From: Dicyema japonicum
Lineage: Eukaryota; Animalia; Dicyemida
NCBI GenBank assembly: GCA_011109175.1
Contig: RDEW01000108.1
Location: forward strand, 13,214 to 77,213
Length of the DNA stretch: 64,000 bases
Direction of reading: 5' to 3'
Part shown: positions 37,131 through 49,819 of the stretch, one piece after another
Layout of the letters: every line of letters begins with the position of its first letter
Numbering within the stretch: the first letter of the stretch is position 1
Made by a program: the position numbers and the translations under genes
Notes under the pieces: model-generated
Told to the model about the DNA's origin: nothing
Seen by the model: only the letters and a program-made list of their open reading frames with translations
The model's database searches: none

Positions 37131-37599
37131 TCTACGCAACTAGACCTGAAATTTCTAATGCAAACTTTCCAAAGTCACCAATGTCTGTTCTTCAACTCAG
37201 GGATCTGCATTGCAGAAATAGGCAAATTTTTAAGGCTCGTTTTTGAAAGTTTAAAGCAATATCTTGGCTGATTAATTGTCTTTGTCTTAAATATGTTAAT
37301 TCGAATAACTTCAGTATTTACGGATATTTTGATTTTTGGAGACTAACATGTTTATTGATAGCCAAATTAAATACTGAAGTTTGAAATCTGAAAATATTCA
37401 TGAAAAAGGTTAATATTAACCAATATGACATCCCTATACCATTGCAAGTAAAGAAGATCAAAATCCATTCGAAATCTATTTATACGTAGTCTTAAAAATG
37501 AAAGCTTAGACAGTTATAAAATTAACTAAAACGACTTTTTCGTAAAAATTATAAGAAAGTTATATAATAAAATTACGACATTATTGTAGCATTTTTAGA

Positions 37600-37775
37600 T
37601 TTTTCATATATTTCCGTCAGACTGTGTTTAATTTTATTAATCTTTTAATTTAAAAATTTAGAAAAAGATAATTACTGTTTGTGTTTTTTTTCATATATTT
37701 CCGTCAGACTGTGTTTAATTTTATTAATCTTTTAATTTAAAAATTTAGAAAAAGATAATTACTGTTTGTGTTTTT
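37600..37775. repeat. Tandem duplication, 87-nt period
   Basis: Exact head-to-tail copy. Confidence 0.9.
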
Positions 37776-38230
37776 ATTCTTATTTTTATTTCCATTTTGG
37801 GCTCGATTAGAAAGTGGTTGAGCTCTGTGAGCGTTTTGGCATAGTGACGCGTTTTTGACAGTCATGAGCTTCATAAAAATTAGCAAAAGTGTGTTTAATA
37901 ATTAAATTTCCATCTTATGATTACCATTAATTTAAATATCTCCAAAATAATGAATTGTTATATTACGGTGATGATAAAGCTCTTTTTCATTGCATCTCAT
38001 GTGGATAGAAAGAATGACAGTCAAGAAACATCGGATATACAATGTTTATGAGCGAGGAGTATCGAATGTACTATCTTATGGTTAGAATTTCGTCTGACTT
38101 TGGGTCAGAATATCAGGCATATTCGATAATTATTACATAATAGATTATTATATAATGTTACGAATGTTTACTATATAAGATAGTGAACGTAGAATGAATT
38201 AATAATACTATTCACGTATACATTATATTC

Positions 38231-38446
38231 TGTTAAACTCAGAGATCCATAATCAACGTAAAACATTATTCATAATAACAAAGAAAAAAACATCAATAAA
38301 CAAACTAAATTCTTGGATTTGAAACAAACTACAGTAGATGTTAAACTCAGAGATCCATAATCAACGTAAAACATTATTCATAATAACAAATAAAAAAACA
38401 TCAATAAACAAACTAAATTCTTGGATTTGAAACAAACTACAGTAGA
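38231..38446. repeat. Tandem duplication, 108-nt period
   Basis: Two copies with one visible mismatch. Confidence 0.9.
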
Positions 38447-39427
38447 AATATTAACTGATCTGTTCTACAAAATATTCACTTAAAAACATATAAAAAACAT
38501 AAAAAACTAATTTTTGAAAAGAAGGAGTCAGTCATTAATTTTAATATATTATATGAAGCATTACATTTTAAGACTCTCCTAATGATAAGTATAAATGCGG
38601 CTTGGAATGATCATAAACATTATGGAACTCCAAAAATCACTCAAAGTAAACAAAACCAAAGAAAATTTATTCAGATGGAATAAATTTTATTTTTTTTTCA
38701 AAATGGTTCGATGATGAATTCTCCTCTAACCAATTAAATGATTCTCCTTTCAAAGTACCCCTTGATATCCTTACTGTTCCAATTTAGTGTTTGCTAAAAT
38801 TCAATTTAAATTGCCACTTATTACTTGACTTCTGATGAAGTCAATAATCCAACAAGCAAGTCCACAACAAAATTGTGGCCAATCTACATGAATGTTTTGT
38901 CACATCAATTCAAACTCTCTATTCCCGATAAATAGATAGACTGATTTGGGTCTGTTCCTTAATAACCTTAAACATCTTCTCGCTCTAATCTGATTGTCGG
39001 AAATAAGTTCGTATGTTTCAACGAATCTTGACAAGTCAGATCGCGTAGCAGATGAACATGGTGAATCCCCTTATTAACTTATTTAGAACTCCAGTTTAAC
39101 AGACTCTGAAGATTCTCGGTTCTTCTTTGTGACACGTTTTGAGATGACTAAAATACAAATCGATTTTTCTCTGGATTACAAATTGTCACGACAATCACAT
39201 TTAATATTATTTTTCACTAATGTTAATAATTATTCTTATTTTAGGACAAGTTTATTTTTGAAATAGCACAATGTCCTATTTTTTGTCCTAATAGTACAAT
39301 TTAAGCCCTAATAATTATCATCTTTATGACCATTATGATTTGAGGTTCGTTAAAATAATAATTTAATCATGTACATCTGACAACTGTGAGATTAATTGGG
39401 ATAATTTATTTTTTTAGAATAAATTAT

Positions 39428-39733
39428 AAAATATGTAATTATGCTAAATTAGTGAATACATTAATTGGACTGTTCTTTTCCCCACCCAAATCAACCTTTA
39501 TTGATCAACTTCACTGGGAATCAAAAATTCACCGCATTACTGAAGTTCCTCTCCCAAGCCTACATTCCAGAATATCTGTCAAAATATGTAATTATGCTAA
39601 ATTAGTGAATACATTAATTGGACTGTTCTTTTCCCCACCCAAATCAACCTTTATTGATCAACTTCACTGGGAATCAAAAATTCACCGCATTACTGAAGTT
39701 CCTCTCCCAAGCCTACATTCCAGAATATCTGTC
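39428..39733. repeat. Tandem duplication, 153-nt period
   Basis: Exact copy; produces the repeated 51-aa block in ORF 39386-39823. Confidence 0.9.
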
Positions 39734-39734
39734 A

Positions 39735-41830
39735 GGCTATGTGCAAATCCCCAACAATATAAAAAAAATAGTTTTTCATCCGAAAAGAGGGGACCGCAAT
39801 GCCAATCANTCCAATCCTTCTAAAATTGAGAGGTCTTCGACGTTACAAGAGACGGCCGGCGGAATCAAAAAGATTCAAGGATTATACGAAGGTAGACTGG
39901 TCCGGTTTCAGTAACCTTGTGGATAAATTCTTGGCCCGGAGATTATCCTCCCCAATACGCTCTATTGATGAGGCCGCAGAAATTATCAGCGCTGCCATTC
40001 AGAAAGCTGATCATATTTTTATTCCTGTATCGTCATACAAGAAGTTTATTCCTACCCTCAACTCTTATACAATAAGTCTTATAAAACAGAGACCGGTTGC
40101 TAAGATGTTATCTGATGAACCTGGAGTCCTTGACGGCCCTCAGACAACTAAATAAAAGGATCTGTCAGAGCATAAAAAACACAAAGACAAGAGATGGCAG
40201 CATCTAGCTAACCACCTCGACAGGAAAAGTTCATTCCGACATTTCTGGAAAACTCTTAAACAAGTCAACTCGGAGCTGGATGATGCAGACGGAACCGGAA
40301 AGCTTTTTCCTGAACACTTATGCCACTTACATCCTAACACCCTTATGAAACATTACGCTGGAATTAGCTTCAAAACCTTCTCGAAACACCTGGACATTAG
40401 GGTGCGGGCCTGACAAAGCATCTTCTATTCACCTAAAACACCTAAGCCACTACGCAATTGGTTACCTCACGCAAATATACAACCTGTCCATTAACTATAA
40501 TATTATTCCCAAAATTTGGAAGAATTCTATCATCAGACCGATATTGAAAACTGGGAAACCAGAGACAGATCCTGCCTTTAACAGGCCTATCTCCGTTACC
40601 AGCACACTGTCAAAAATTGTGGAGAAACTTGTATTATCAGTCATTATTCCGTATTTTCCACGTCCTATATTTCAACATGGTTTCCTCCGCGGTAGGTCCA
40701 CCGCTACATACTTGGCTACCCTATCGCAGTTCATTGCCGACGATTTTAACACAAACACACAATCTTGGTTTCTATTGACATCAACAATGCCTTTGACACC
40801 GTTTCGAGGAAAATCCTGGTTGGAAAAATATTTTCTACTAATATTTGTCCGAATGTGAAATTATGTCTGGCCAACTTTTTGTCTGGAAGACGTGGAAGAG
40901 TAGTCAGTGGGGATCTCAGATCTAGATCACGATTACTATCGAACGGGGTACCCCAGGGGTCTCCACTCTCGCCAATTCTATTCAACTTATTCCTACACGA
41001 CCTACCTAGTGATGGAATCGAATATTCCCTGCTATTATCATACGCAGACGATATAGTCATTGCAATACGGAACCGTTCGACGCAATTTACATCCTTTAAG
41101 AATCAGCCAAAATTGAACATTCTCCACGATTGGAATCGATTTCTGCAACCAAGTCTATTTGTACCATTTTCAGTTCGGACCGTCGTTTTAAGGATGAACC
41201 GAGTATCTTTATTGGTCCAACTCAAATTCCAGTGACAAGGTTCCCCACTGTCCTTGGAGTCAAGTACGACAGTTTATTCAATTTTAACTCTTACGCAAAA
41301 GACATGATTACCAGGGGCCTCCAGAAAATTAATGTTTTACGGAGGATCCCGAGGAATATGGACTTTTCTGTTTCTACTCTCTACCAACAAACAATCGCGC
41401 CACCCGTTGAGTATACCTCCGTTGCATGGAAATTCGCACTATCGGAGTCTATGGTCCAAAGAGTCAACTCAATACACCAGAAAACAATCAGTATGCTTTG
41501 CCCACGTAATGGATCAACAGTCGACCCACTACTCATGGAAGCTAAGATCCGTAGTCGTGGCTCCGGATTTCTTCGCGTCTGTGAGGAAGATGGAAATCCG
41601 CTTCGCCTGATCTTTTCCATGGCAAGAGAAAACCGATTGGATAAGAAATTCCCGTCCCCGATCGGATTCCTCTGCAAGACCGAGAGAAGGCTCTTCCAGA
41701 AAGTAGTGGGGACAATGGAAGATCATAGACGTCGAATGGCACTATTGATTGCGGGGACTGGGATCACCTAACTGTTTGACTCTTTTGTCTTTTTTTCTCG
41801 GTGTTCCCGGGGTTATTAAAATAAATAAAA
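39735..41830 (+). mobile_element. GIT-type LINE, longest copy (linker, RT, C-terminus, 3'UTR)
   Basis: KVDWSGF, KTGKPETDPAFNRPIS, FQHGF, GVPQGSPLSP, SYADDI, VLGVKYD; ends IAGTGIT*. Confidence 0.92.
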
Positions 41831-42139
41831 AAATTGACCCAAGCGATCTTAGAAAAAAGACCTTGGGTTATATTATCTATCATCCTATACGTGAAGTTTC
41901 AAATAAGTGACCTAAAAAGTTATTTCAATTTTTGATTAGAGGAAATTCAAACCCTGATCCTACGTGCAGTTGACATTTCTTTGCTTCGAAACTTCAAATT
42001 TCCAAAGTGTTTTGTGTCCGCTGTTCTTAATTTTGGTTTTTTTAATTCTCAAAGTTTATTTATTTTGATGTAAAATTCCTCTGAAATCATGATTTTAAAT
42101 AAAAAATTAACAAAGAATTAAAAATTTAAATTATTATTA

Positions 42140-42620
42140 GTCACGCTGCTCTGAACGAGGTGATCGTCAGAGCTCTGAAGGCTACAGACTTCCCATCACA
42201 GCTTGAACCAGTGGGTCTCGATCGAGGAGATGGAAAGTGACCTGACGGGATGACCCTTTTCCCTTACACACCCTGAATATCTTTGGTCTGGAACGCAACT
42301 TGTGTTGACACATTTTCAAGCACGAATCTTTTCAAATCGGTTAAGACGCCTGGAGCAGCTCTTCGACCGCGAAAAACCTAAAAATCAAGAAATAATCTTT
42401 CCTCGGAAACCGGTACCGATTAACTTCTGTTGCGGTCGAGTCATCGGGAGTTTAAGACTAGAGACTGTATTATTTCTTGCGCGAACTCGGAGGAATGCTT
42501 GCCAGAAAGAAGAGGGATCAACGAGAAGCGTTATGGCTGAGACAAAAAATTGGAATGACCATACTCCGAGGGAACTCGTTTCTATCAATGCAGCCGGCTT
42601 CCTCAACTAACATTGTTAAA
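42140..42620 (+). mobile_element. CRE-type RLE element 3' end
   Basis: [41 protein letters not shown]. Confidence 0.85.
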
Positions 42621-42682
42621 ATAAAATAAAAATTAATAAATTTATTGTATTTGAAAAAAAATAAATAAAATAATTAATTAGA

Positions 42683-42890
42683 AGTCGCGTCCTATATCCG
42701 ATTGTGGTCGAGACAACTGGAGGAATAAGTGGAAAATCGCTTCGCTTCCTAAAGACGCCTAGCTACACTAAAAAGCCAGGACGCACGTGAGACCAGTGGC
42801 TTCTCCAGCTGATCTTTGTTGGAATCGTGAGAGGCAACGCAACGTCGATAATGTCTGCGGGGTCCACTTTGGATGGATGGCTGTGTTAAT
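42683..42890 (+). mobile_element. CRE-type 3' fragment
   Basis: YPIVVETTGGISGKSLRFL..IVRGNATSI; same family as 44920-45265 and 62580-62830. Confidence 0.8.
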
Positions 42891-42907
42891 TAATTATTAT
42901 TATATTA

Positions 42908-43092
42908 ACTTTTCCTTCTGATGGCGTCACTGGATCCACCTTACTAAGGAGGCGCCCAATGCATGGCCGACATCAAGAGGATCCAACAATTCTTCCTCGG
43001 GGACAACGTCGTTACCTGGTAACAAGTTCTGGAATGCTGGAACGAGTCAAGATTGAGGAGTTATTCTGGTTACCATTGGTCTTTGGAAATAA
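42908..43092 (+). mobile_element. SINE-like family B lacking the 5' hairpin
   Basis: Core 42923-42984 plus GIT-type tail. Confidence 0.85.
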
Positions 43093-43109
43093 TTTTAATT
43101 TAATTAATC

Positions 43110-44770
43110 AACGGGTTAAATTTAACACAGGTTTCTCGAGTGTTTCCAACCTTCCATGATCTCTCAACGAAGTCTGGACGATGCCGGAGGTCATTCGAAG
43201 ATCTGATGGTATCATCTAAGCAACATTGCGTCGTATTTCAAGGATATATTAACTGTCCGCGGAAAAATATCTGATCATACTTGTGGATACGCCACCCAAC
43301 TTTATAAAGCTATCACACCTGGCGAAATCTCAAATGCAATGGTCAAACTTAAGAATGGTCGCTCCCCTGGACCGGATGGAATCAATTTAGAACTTCTCAA
43401 ATACGGGCTACACATTCACTAACAGACAAGTTGGCAAACTACTCAACCATCTTTATAAAAAAAGAATACCGCTCTTGGATCCGGATTATTAATACAAATA
43501 CAAAAACCTAACAAACATGCTGGGCCTGTTGAAAACCTACGTCCAATAATCCTGCTAAACACCTTACGGAAACTTCTGGCATTAGTTACGCTGAACCGAA
43601 TCAGAGAACAAGTGGACAACTATCTAGCCCAAGTCACAGTAGATTCAAGACAGGAAGATCCACTGCGGCTGTAGTATGGAGCACAAGTGGGGCTGCGCTA
43701 TCAACCAGAGATTCAAAATTGAAACAGCAGTCCTGCGAATAGACCTCTCTATTGACTTTGACACGGTCTGTTGTGGTCCATTGCTCAGAATACTGAAACA
43801 ATTCTTGGATCCAGATACTGTCAATATGATCAGAGTGTTGCTATCTAACACGAAGCTCAGAGTGCGAATCGGTAAGACGTTTTCCCGTGAATTTACGTGC
43901 AATGTTGGTACTCCTCAGGGAGATTCCCTCTCCCCTGCTTTTTGTCATATATCTGGAGGCGGCACTACGAGATCTACGGAAGTTATATGATGGCAACATC
44001 GTCGAAATTGCACATGCCGACGACGTCGACTTTGTGTCAGAAGACAAATCGGCTTACTTCGACTTTCGAGGTGGCCACTGCTGAGCTGAACCGATGGTTC
44101 TTTGGAATGAACACCGCAAAAACTGACATTGTGGAAATCAGGAGAATGAAAAGCAGATCAAGTGAAACATGGCGAAGAACAAACAAACTTGGCTTTACTT
44201 GGAGACAGTCAAGATATTGCCAAAAGGAAGGCCCTCGCTTAGGTAACAATAAACAAGTTGAAGAAAGAGTGGATTGTTCCTGCACATCACTTCGTTTGAG
44301 ACTGTATGAAGTCTTTGTCAAGCCGATCCTAATGTACAATTCATCGACCTGGGAACGTCAAAACCGAACAACTTGGACTAGACCTTTTCCATCGAAACAA
44401 CTTAGATCCCTACTAGGGCTGAACTGGCCAGCAAGAATAAAAAAGGAATCGCTGTACAAGAGATGTTGCACGAGTCCACTGAGTCTCGAAATTGCAGATA
44501 TGCGCTGGAGGCTATTTAGACATATCTTGCATATGGACTTGGGCGCTCCAGCAAACATAGAAATGGAGGTCTACTTTTATAGACAGGGACCGTGCTTTCG
44601 TAGACACCGGCCTATTACACTACCTGAAACATTTGACAGAGATCTTAAGAACAAACGTCTAAGATGTGAAGACGACCTGGACGAATTGAGGAAACCCCCT
44701 TACGATCGAGGAGGTTCGAAGAAGTTGGTTCTGAGGATTGTTTTGAATGCAATGAAATTATAACTATTAT
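43110..44770 (+). mobile_element. RTE-clade LINE (RT to 3' end)
   Basis: RSPGPDGINLELLK, ENLRPIILLNTLRK, GTPQGDSLSP, HADDVDF, RWRLFRHIL. Confidence 0.92.
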
Positions 44771-44919
44771 GATTTTGCGAATGTTGCTTATAATAATAAT
44801 AAATTTGTCGTGGCCGCAAAAAATCCCGGGGGCCGCGTTGAGAACCACTGATGTTGACAATAATAAATTGTATGTAATTTATTTAAATCAGAAACCATAT
44901 TTACAGTAAATCATATTTA

Positions 44920-45265
44920 AAACTGCCATCCATCCAAAGTGGACCCCGCCGACATTATCGACGTTGCGTTGCCTCTCAAGATTGCAACAGAGATCAACTA
45001 GAGTAGCCACCGGGTCTCACGTGCGTCGTGGCTTTTTATTGGCTAAGCGTCCAGGTTTTTTTAGGAAGCGAAGCGATTTTCCACTTATTCCTCCAGTTGT
45101 CTCGACCACTATCGGATAAAATGCGAATCGGTCGCGTAGCGCTTCGTATTTCTTCTCCTTTGCCCTCATCGTTTTTCCGCGGAATACAGTGTGTCTACCG
45201 CGCTCCCGACAATGTTGGACGGGCAAAGCGTGTCGACACAAGTAGCGTCCCAGACCACATGTTCT
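44920..45265 (-). mobile_element. CRE-type 3' fragment
   Basis: VWDATCVDTL..KEKKYEAL..FYPIVVETTG. Confidence 0.85.
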
Positions 45266-45559
45266 TTCAATTGGGGCCGGGCGGCATTTGAATTATGATA
45301 TTTTTTATATCGGACACTTTTCATTTTATATTGGAAAAGTTAGTTGGTTTGTTTTGAAGGTTGAGGCATTGATGTAGCTCTATTGCACGAAATATTACTT
45401 CGTTATAATGGATGAAAATCCACGTCTTGATTTTTTTCTATAAACATGGAAGAGATTAAGAATAAATCTAAGTCTAATGTTTGTTTTGGAGGATCGGGAA
45501 TTACCGTACCTTCGAATTCTTCATTAAGTGCCATATTTGTCCTCTATAGATCATCGAAG

Positions 45560-46210
45560 AATTTAATAAACACGTCCTTAACTCTTATTCCGGACTGAAT
45601 GTATCCATGGACACCACCGGAAGCTGTGTAGTTGTGGAAGGACCTATACCTAGAGTTCCGGATGGCTGCGCTAATCAACAAGAGTATTCGATACGTGTTT
45701 TTAAAAAAAAAGGGAGCACCTTGAGAGAATTGGGGATGGGAGAAGACTTACATGCATCAAAACGATTAGCTGCCATTCAGCAGATTTCTGGTTGAACACC
45801 TATCTTTGTGCTGAAATTGGTAACTTGCTTTGATAACGATGGTAAGTTTCGACGATGTGACAACATTCCCTTTTGCTAACGGTCGGAACCTTGTTTGGGA
45901 TGCTAAGTGTGTTTATACATACTCTCAGAAAGATTTGGCCGCTTCATTCCCGGACCCAGGTCATACTTCTCAGCAAGCCGATGATCAGAAGAGAAGTAAG
46001 TACCGAATCATTACGGAGGATTACTTGTTTGTCCCATTTGATGTTGAGATGTCAGGAATCCTTCACCCAAAAGCTGACGATCTAGTCCGTCGGATAGCTC
46101 AATGATTCAAAAGGTCACCAAGGATCCACGTGAAACTGGATAGCTCGAGAGCGTAACTCGATAGTTATCGTCAAACAAAACAGCATAAGCTTCCTAACTT
46201 TTAACATTTT
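45560..46210 (+). mobile_element. CRE-type element, internally deleted
   Basis: TFPFANGRNLVWDAKCVYT..KRSKY..FVPFDVEMSG. Confidence 0.8.
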
Positions 46211-47129
46211 TTGCATAATTTAATTGAGTTTAATCTAAATTAAATTTAATACGAAATTAAAAAAAAACGTATGAGTTTTCTTTAGCAAATAAATTTAAGC
46301 GATAAAACAAACGTAACTTTAATTGAAGAAAAAATAGAAAAAAGACATTAACACTCGGAAAGTCGTAGCCGCAAAGTAAATTAAGGACCCTTTTCGCTCT
46401 AACTCTCCATCAGATTGGTAAAGTTATTTAGCTTTGCTCCTTTCTCTTTAGGTTTTTCCTCTCGACCGTGATTGTGATCGAAGGAGATCTCTCTCCGCTG
46501 ACAAGAAGAATCGCATCAGATCCTCTCTGGAGGGACCCTTGCGAGCACTTAGCTTCTCCTAATCAAATACGAAAATCCAGGAGTCGAGATTCGAATGAGG
46601 ATCAATAGTCAGTTATCATGGAATTATTCGAAGATCGAGAGGTCTACAAAAAACAATCCGTCACATCCTGTCTCTGACAGGGAAACTAAAAAATATTCCT
46701 TATGTAAATTCCGGATCGAAAAATGGAAACTCTAAAAGGCTATATAACCGGATATGTGGTGGTTGGCTAAGATATTCGATCAACAGTCCTCAAGATATAG
46801 TTTCGTACATATGACGGTCAATCATCGTTATACTTTATTGACCCGAGTAGTGGTGTCATACAAAACATATAGAAACTCATTAAATTATTATAGAATTTGT
46901 AGTTGTACTAATTGAAAAATAAAAGAGATGGGAACCGCACGACACATCTGAACAACTATTACATATAATAAATATGGATGCAGAGACATAAGAAGCACTA
47001 TTGGTAGCAATAGGGAATTTTCGTCCCCCAACAGCTAATTACAACTAAATGACACTTATAAATTTAATTATTTACTATTAAATTTTAAAATTATTCGTAA
47101 GCGAATAAAAATTAAATATGTAATTTTAA

Positions 47130-47920
47130 TCAGAAGTCTTTGCAAGCAGGAAAGCAGAATCAGATGTCTTTGCAAGCATAAATCAACCCATTACATGTGG
47201 AAGACCATTAAAAAGCTCAGATCACATACAAAACCCAATAACACAGGCCAACCAAATGTCCAAGAACTAAACAACCTAATGAAGTTTTATGTCGGAATCA
47301 GCCACAAGAAATTCCTGAAAACCAGCCATTCCTTTACGTCCACGAAGCCAAAAAGCTCTTCTTCATTATATTGCTTGTCACACTCCGATATTTGGAATGA
47401 AATCAAAAATACAAAATTTTCCTTCTCCTGCGGAAAATTGGTTTAGTCAAAACCATATTTGGTGAAATAAAAAAGCCATTCTCTGCTTTCGGTATTCTCT
47501 ATAAGCAATTTATCGAGCCAACAATCAGTTGCTCCTGTGCAGCATTGGGAATTAATCTCTCGTGGACCAACCGTCTTAAAGTTGATAACACCCTATGTCG
47601 AGCGTCAACTACCATAATACACATCGCAAAGCTGAACAACATTCCACCCAGTCCCTTTGACCACCTTATTGAGCAAAACGGCAAGAGCTTCTTGACGTTA
47701 ACCTCAGCAGGACCTGTTGTCGACAGTCCCTCCTGTATCAAGTTTCCAGAAGCACATCACCCCAGTTAGCTTTCTCACGAACCCTGTCCTCCGCCCATAC
47801 ATGAATGTGTCGGGTCAATAGTCCAGCATCTGGAGAAGTGAAAACTCTTCAGGATTGTCGGGATCACCTAATTAATTTCAACGAGATTAACTATTGATGT
47901 TTTTGGGTTAAATAAAAAAA
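47130..47920 (+). mobile_element. GIT-type LINE with RT core deleted
   Basis: MWKTIKKLR linker joined to LYKQFIEPTI C-terminal region; ends GGGATCACCTAA (GIT*). Confidence 0.7.
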
Positions 47921-48110
47921 ACTGTTAAAGCGATAACCGTAAAAATTATGTCATAAAGCAATAACCGTAAAAGCCAAGAACCGTTCGACGAGTTGACCGT
48001 AAATATAGACATTCACAATATAATCACCAATGTTTAAAATATTCTAAAAATAAGTCAAAAATATAAAGATAATTTTAATTTACTAACAAACAAAAAATTA
48101 AAACAAAAAG

Positions 48111-48953
48111 TTAAAAGATTAAGTTTTTCTTAGTCTTTCTAATAATCTTTTGCAGTTTATTAATTTTGTTTCGCTGTTCAAGCATAGTTCTCCATTTGTC
48201 TTTCAGCATAACAGTGTTCTTTTTGGAAGCAATCCAGTATCACTCATGACTTTCCAATTACCGCACCCAAATTTCTGACTAATTTATAAAACATAATCTC
48301 TTCCTCCAAAGTCCATTTCCGACGCTTAGCTAAAAATTTAGTTTCGGAAAACAAACTTTTGGTGAATGAGATTCATTCCTTAATTTATTTTCGGTAGTTA
48401 AATCAGGTTTGTATGTTGTCTTTAAAAGTCGGAGAGGTTCTGAACTCATTAAATTTACTTCTCCGTGCTTTGTAGGGTTCAGTCGATATTATTTCAGTTG
48501 AATCTTCACATGAATCAGAATTTATTATTGGAATATTTTTATCAACGTTCTCGTATTTAATATCTTCATGTCTCACGTCGACAATTTCAATGACTTTTTT
48601 ATCTTCTGACTTAATTTCATTCAACTCGTCACCACTGCTAATAAGAGCCTCAGTACTTCAGACTTTAAAATTTTAACTAAATTAATGTTTTATTTCAAAA
48701 AACCAAGTTGATTTGAAATATTCGGATCGATAAAACAGAACGGACGAATCTGAAACTAAACCAGCATTGTCAAAATAACTTCTAAATAGCAATAAGTTTA
48801 ATACAGAAACTCCATACTCATCGAGCGTCGACTTTATGATGGAATAAACCTAATACTATCATTATAAATGTTTACTTCATTGAGAGAATTTTGGTTACTA
48901 CTATATTCGAGTAGTTCAACTATAAATTGGATCATTTTATCGTTCTCAGACAT
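48111..48953 (-). pseudogene. TRF1/TRF2-like telomere-binding protein with C-terminal telobox Myb domain; 1-nt deletions
   Basis: RRKWTLEEE..KFGCGNWKVM..KRT.VMLKDKWRTM resembles TRF KWTVEE..YGEGNW..RTxVMxKDRWRTM; linker exon is ORF 48403-48624; putative ATG at 48953. Confidence 0.8.
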
Positions 48954-49819
48954 AACTTAGAACAACAAGAAATAATAATATTTCCGCGCAAAATTTAATT
49001 TTTTAATTTATTTTTTAATTTAATTAATTTTATTTTTTTAATTAAAATTTTTGTAGTCAAATTTTATCCAATATGTGATTTAAAAAAATAAACGATTTAC
49101 TACTTCGTAAACATATTAATTGAAAACAAAAACTTGGAGTTAGGAAACCGCAGCCTGACTGCATTGCTATTCCTTTTTTAGGAAACCGCAGCCTACTGCG
49201 AGGGAAATACGCTTGAATAGCAAACAGCGTTCGCAAAGGTCCCCTAAGCGGGTTGACATAAGATTTCAAGTCCTTCGAGAAAAACGTAGGACAACTGTCC
49301 CTGAGTTCGAAGATTTCCACAGGAAGAGGGACAAACTTCTCCTCATTTGGGATATTAGCGTACTTTCACCACTTTAATTTCAGATTTTTTACTTATATTG
49401 TTTATTTAGTTATTTACCTAATAATTTACCATCTAAAAAGAAAAGTCATAATGCAATCAAAAGTGAGGATTAACATAGCTCTTGCTAATGAAACTGGAAC
49501 AATAAAAATTAAACCGTTGAACATTGAAAAATTTAAATCCAATTAAGAAGTTAGAAGGGTTGATTCAAAGGAATAAAAGACAGAAACAACAATTTATTAC
49601 TTCCTTAACATAATTTTTGATTTTAAATTTTTGTTACATTTTTTATTCTGATATATAAAAACATAAATATTAATCACAATGAAATGAGCATATTATTACA
49701 ATCTGAAAGGCATCCAATTTTTTGTTCGGATTAACGAGGGTTTACTGCACATTCATATAAAATTGAATAAATTATTACTGCAGCTGCGAGTTGTTATGTA
49801 ACTACTTGACTGAAGATTT

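Noticed and set aside
39386-39823. 145-aa repeat protein ORF (likewise 63047-63445)
   Set aside because: Created by exact tandem duplication; no recognisable domain
46350-46620. Possible RS-rich protein fragment
   Set aside because: Only short RSRSR-like words across frames; cannot be supported
49195-49255. Twister-like words (GAGGG, GGTCCCCTAAGC), or telomerase RNA template (CCCTAA) beside the TRF-like gene
   Set aside because: Twister helices and the UAA cleavage loop cannot be built in any permutation; the template is under 1.5 repeats
26690-49747. Tigger/pogo-like TIR words (CAGTAAAA.. at 25752 and 26692; ..GGGTTTACTG at about 49745) and a solo hAT end at 44836-44849
   Set aside because: Too degenerate or unpaired to define element boundaries or a transposase
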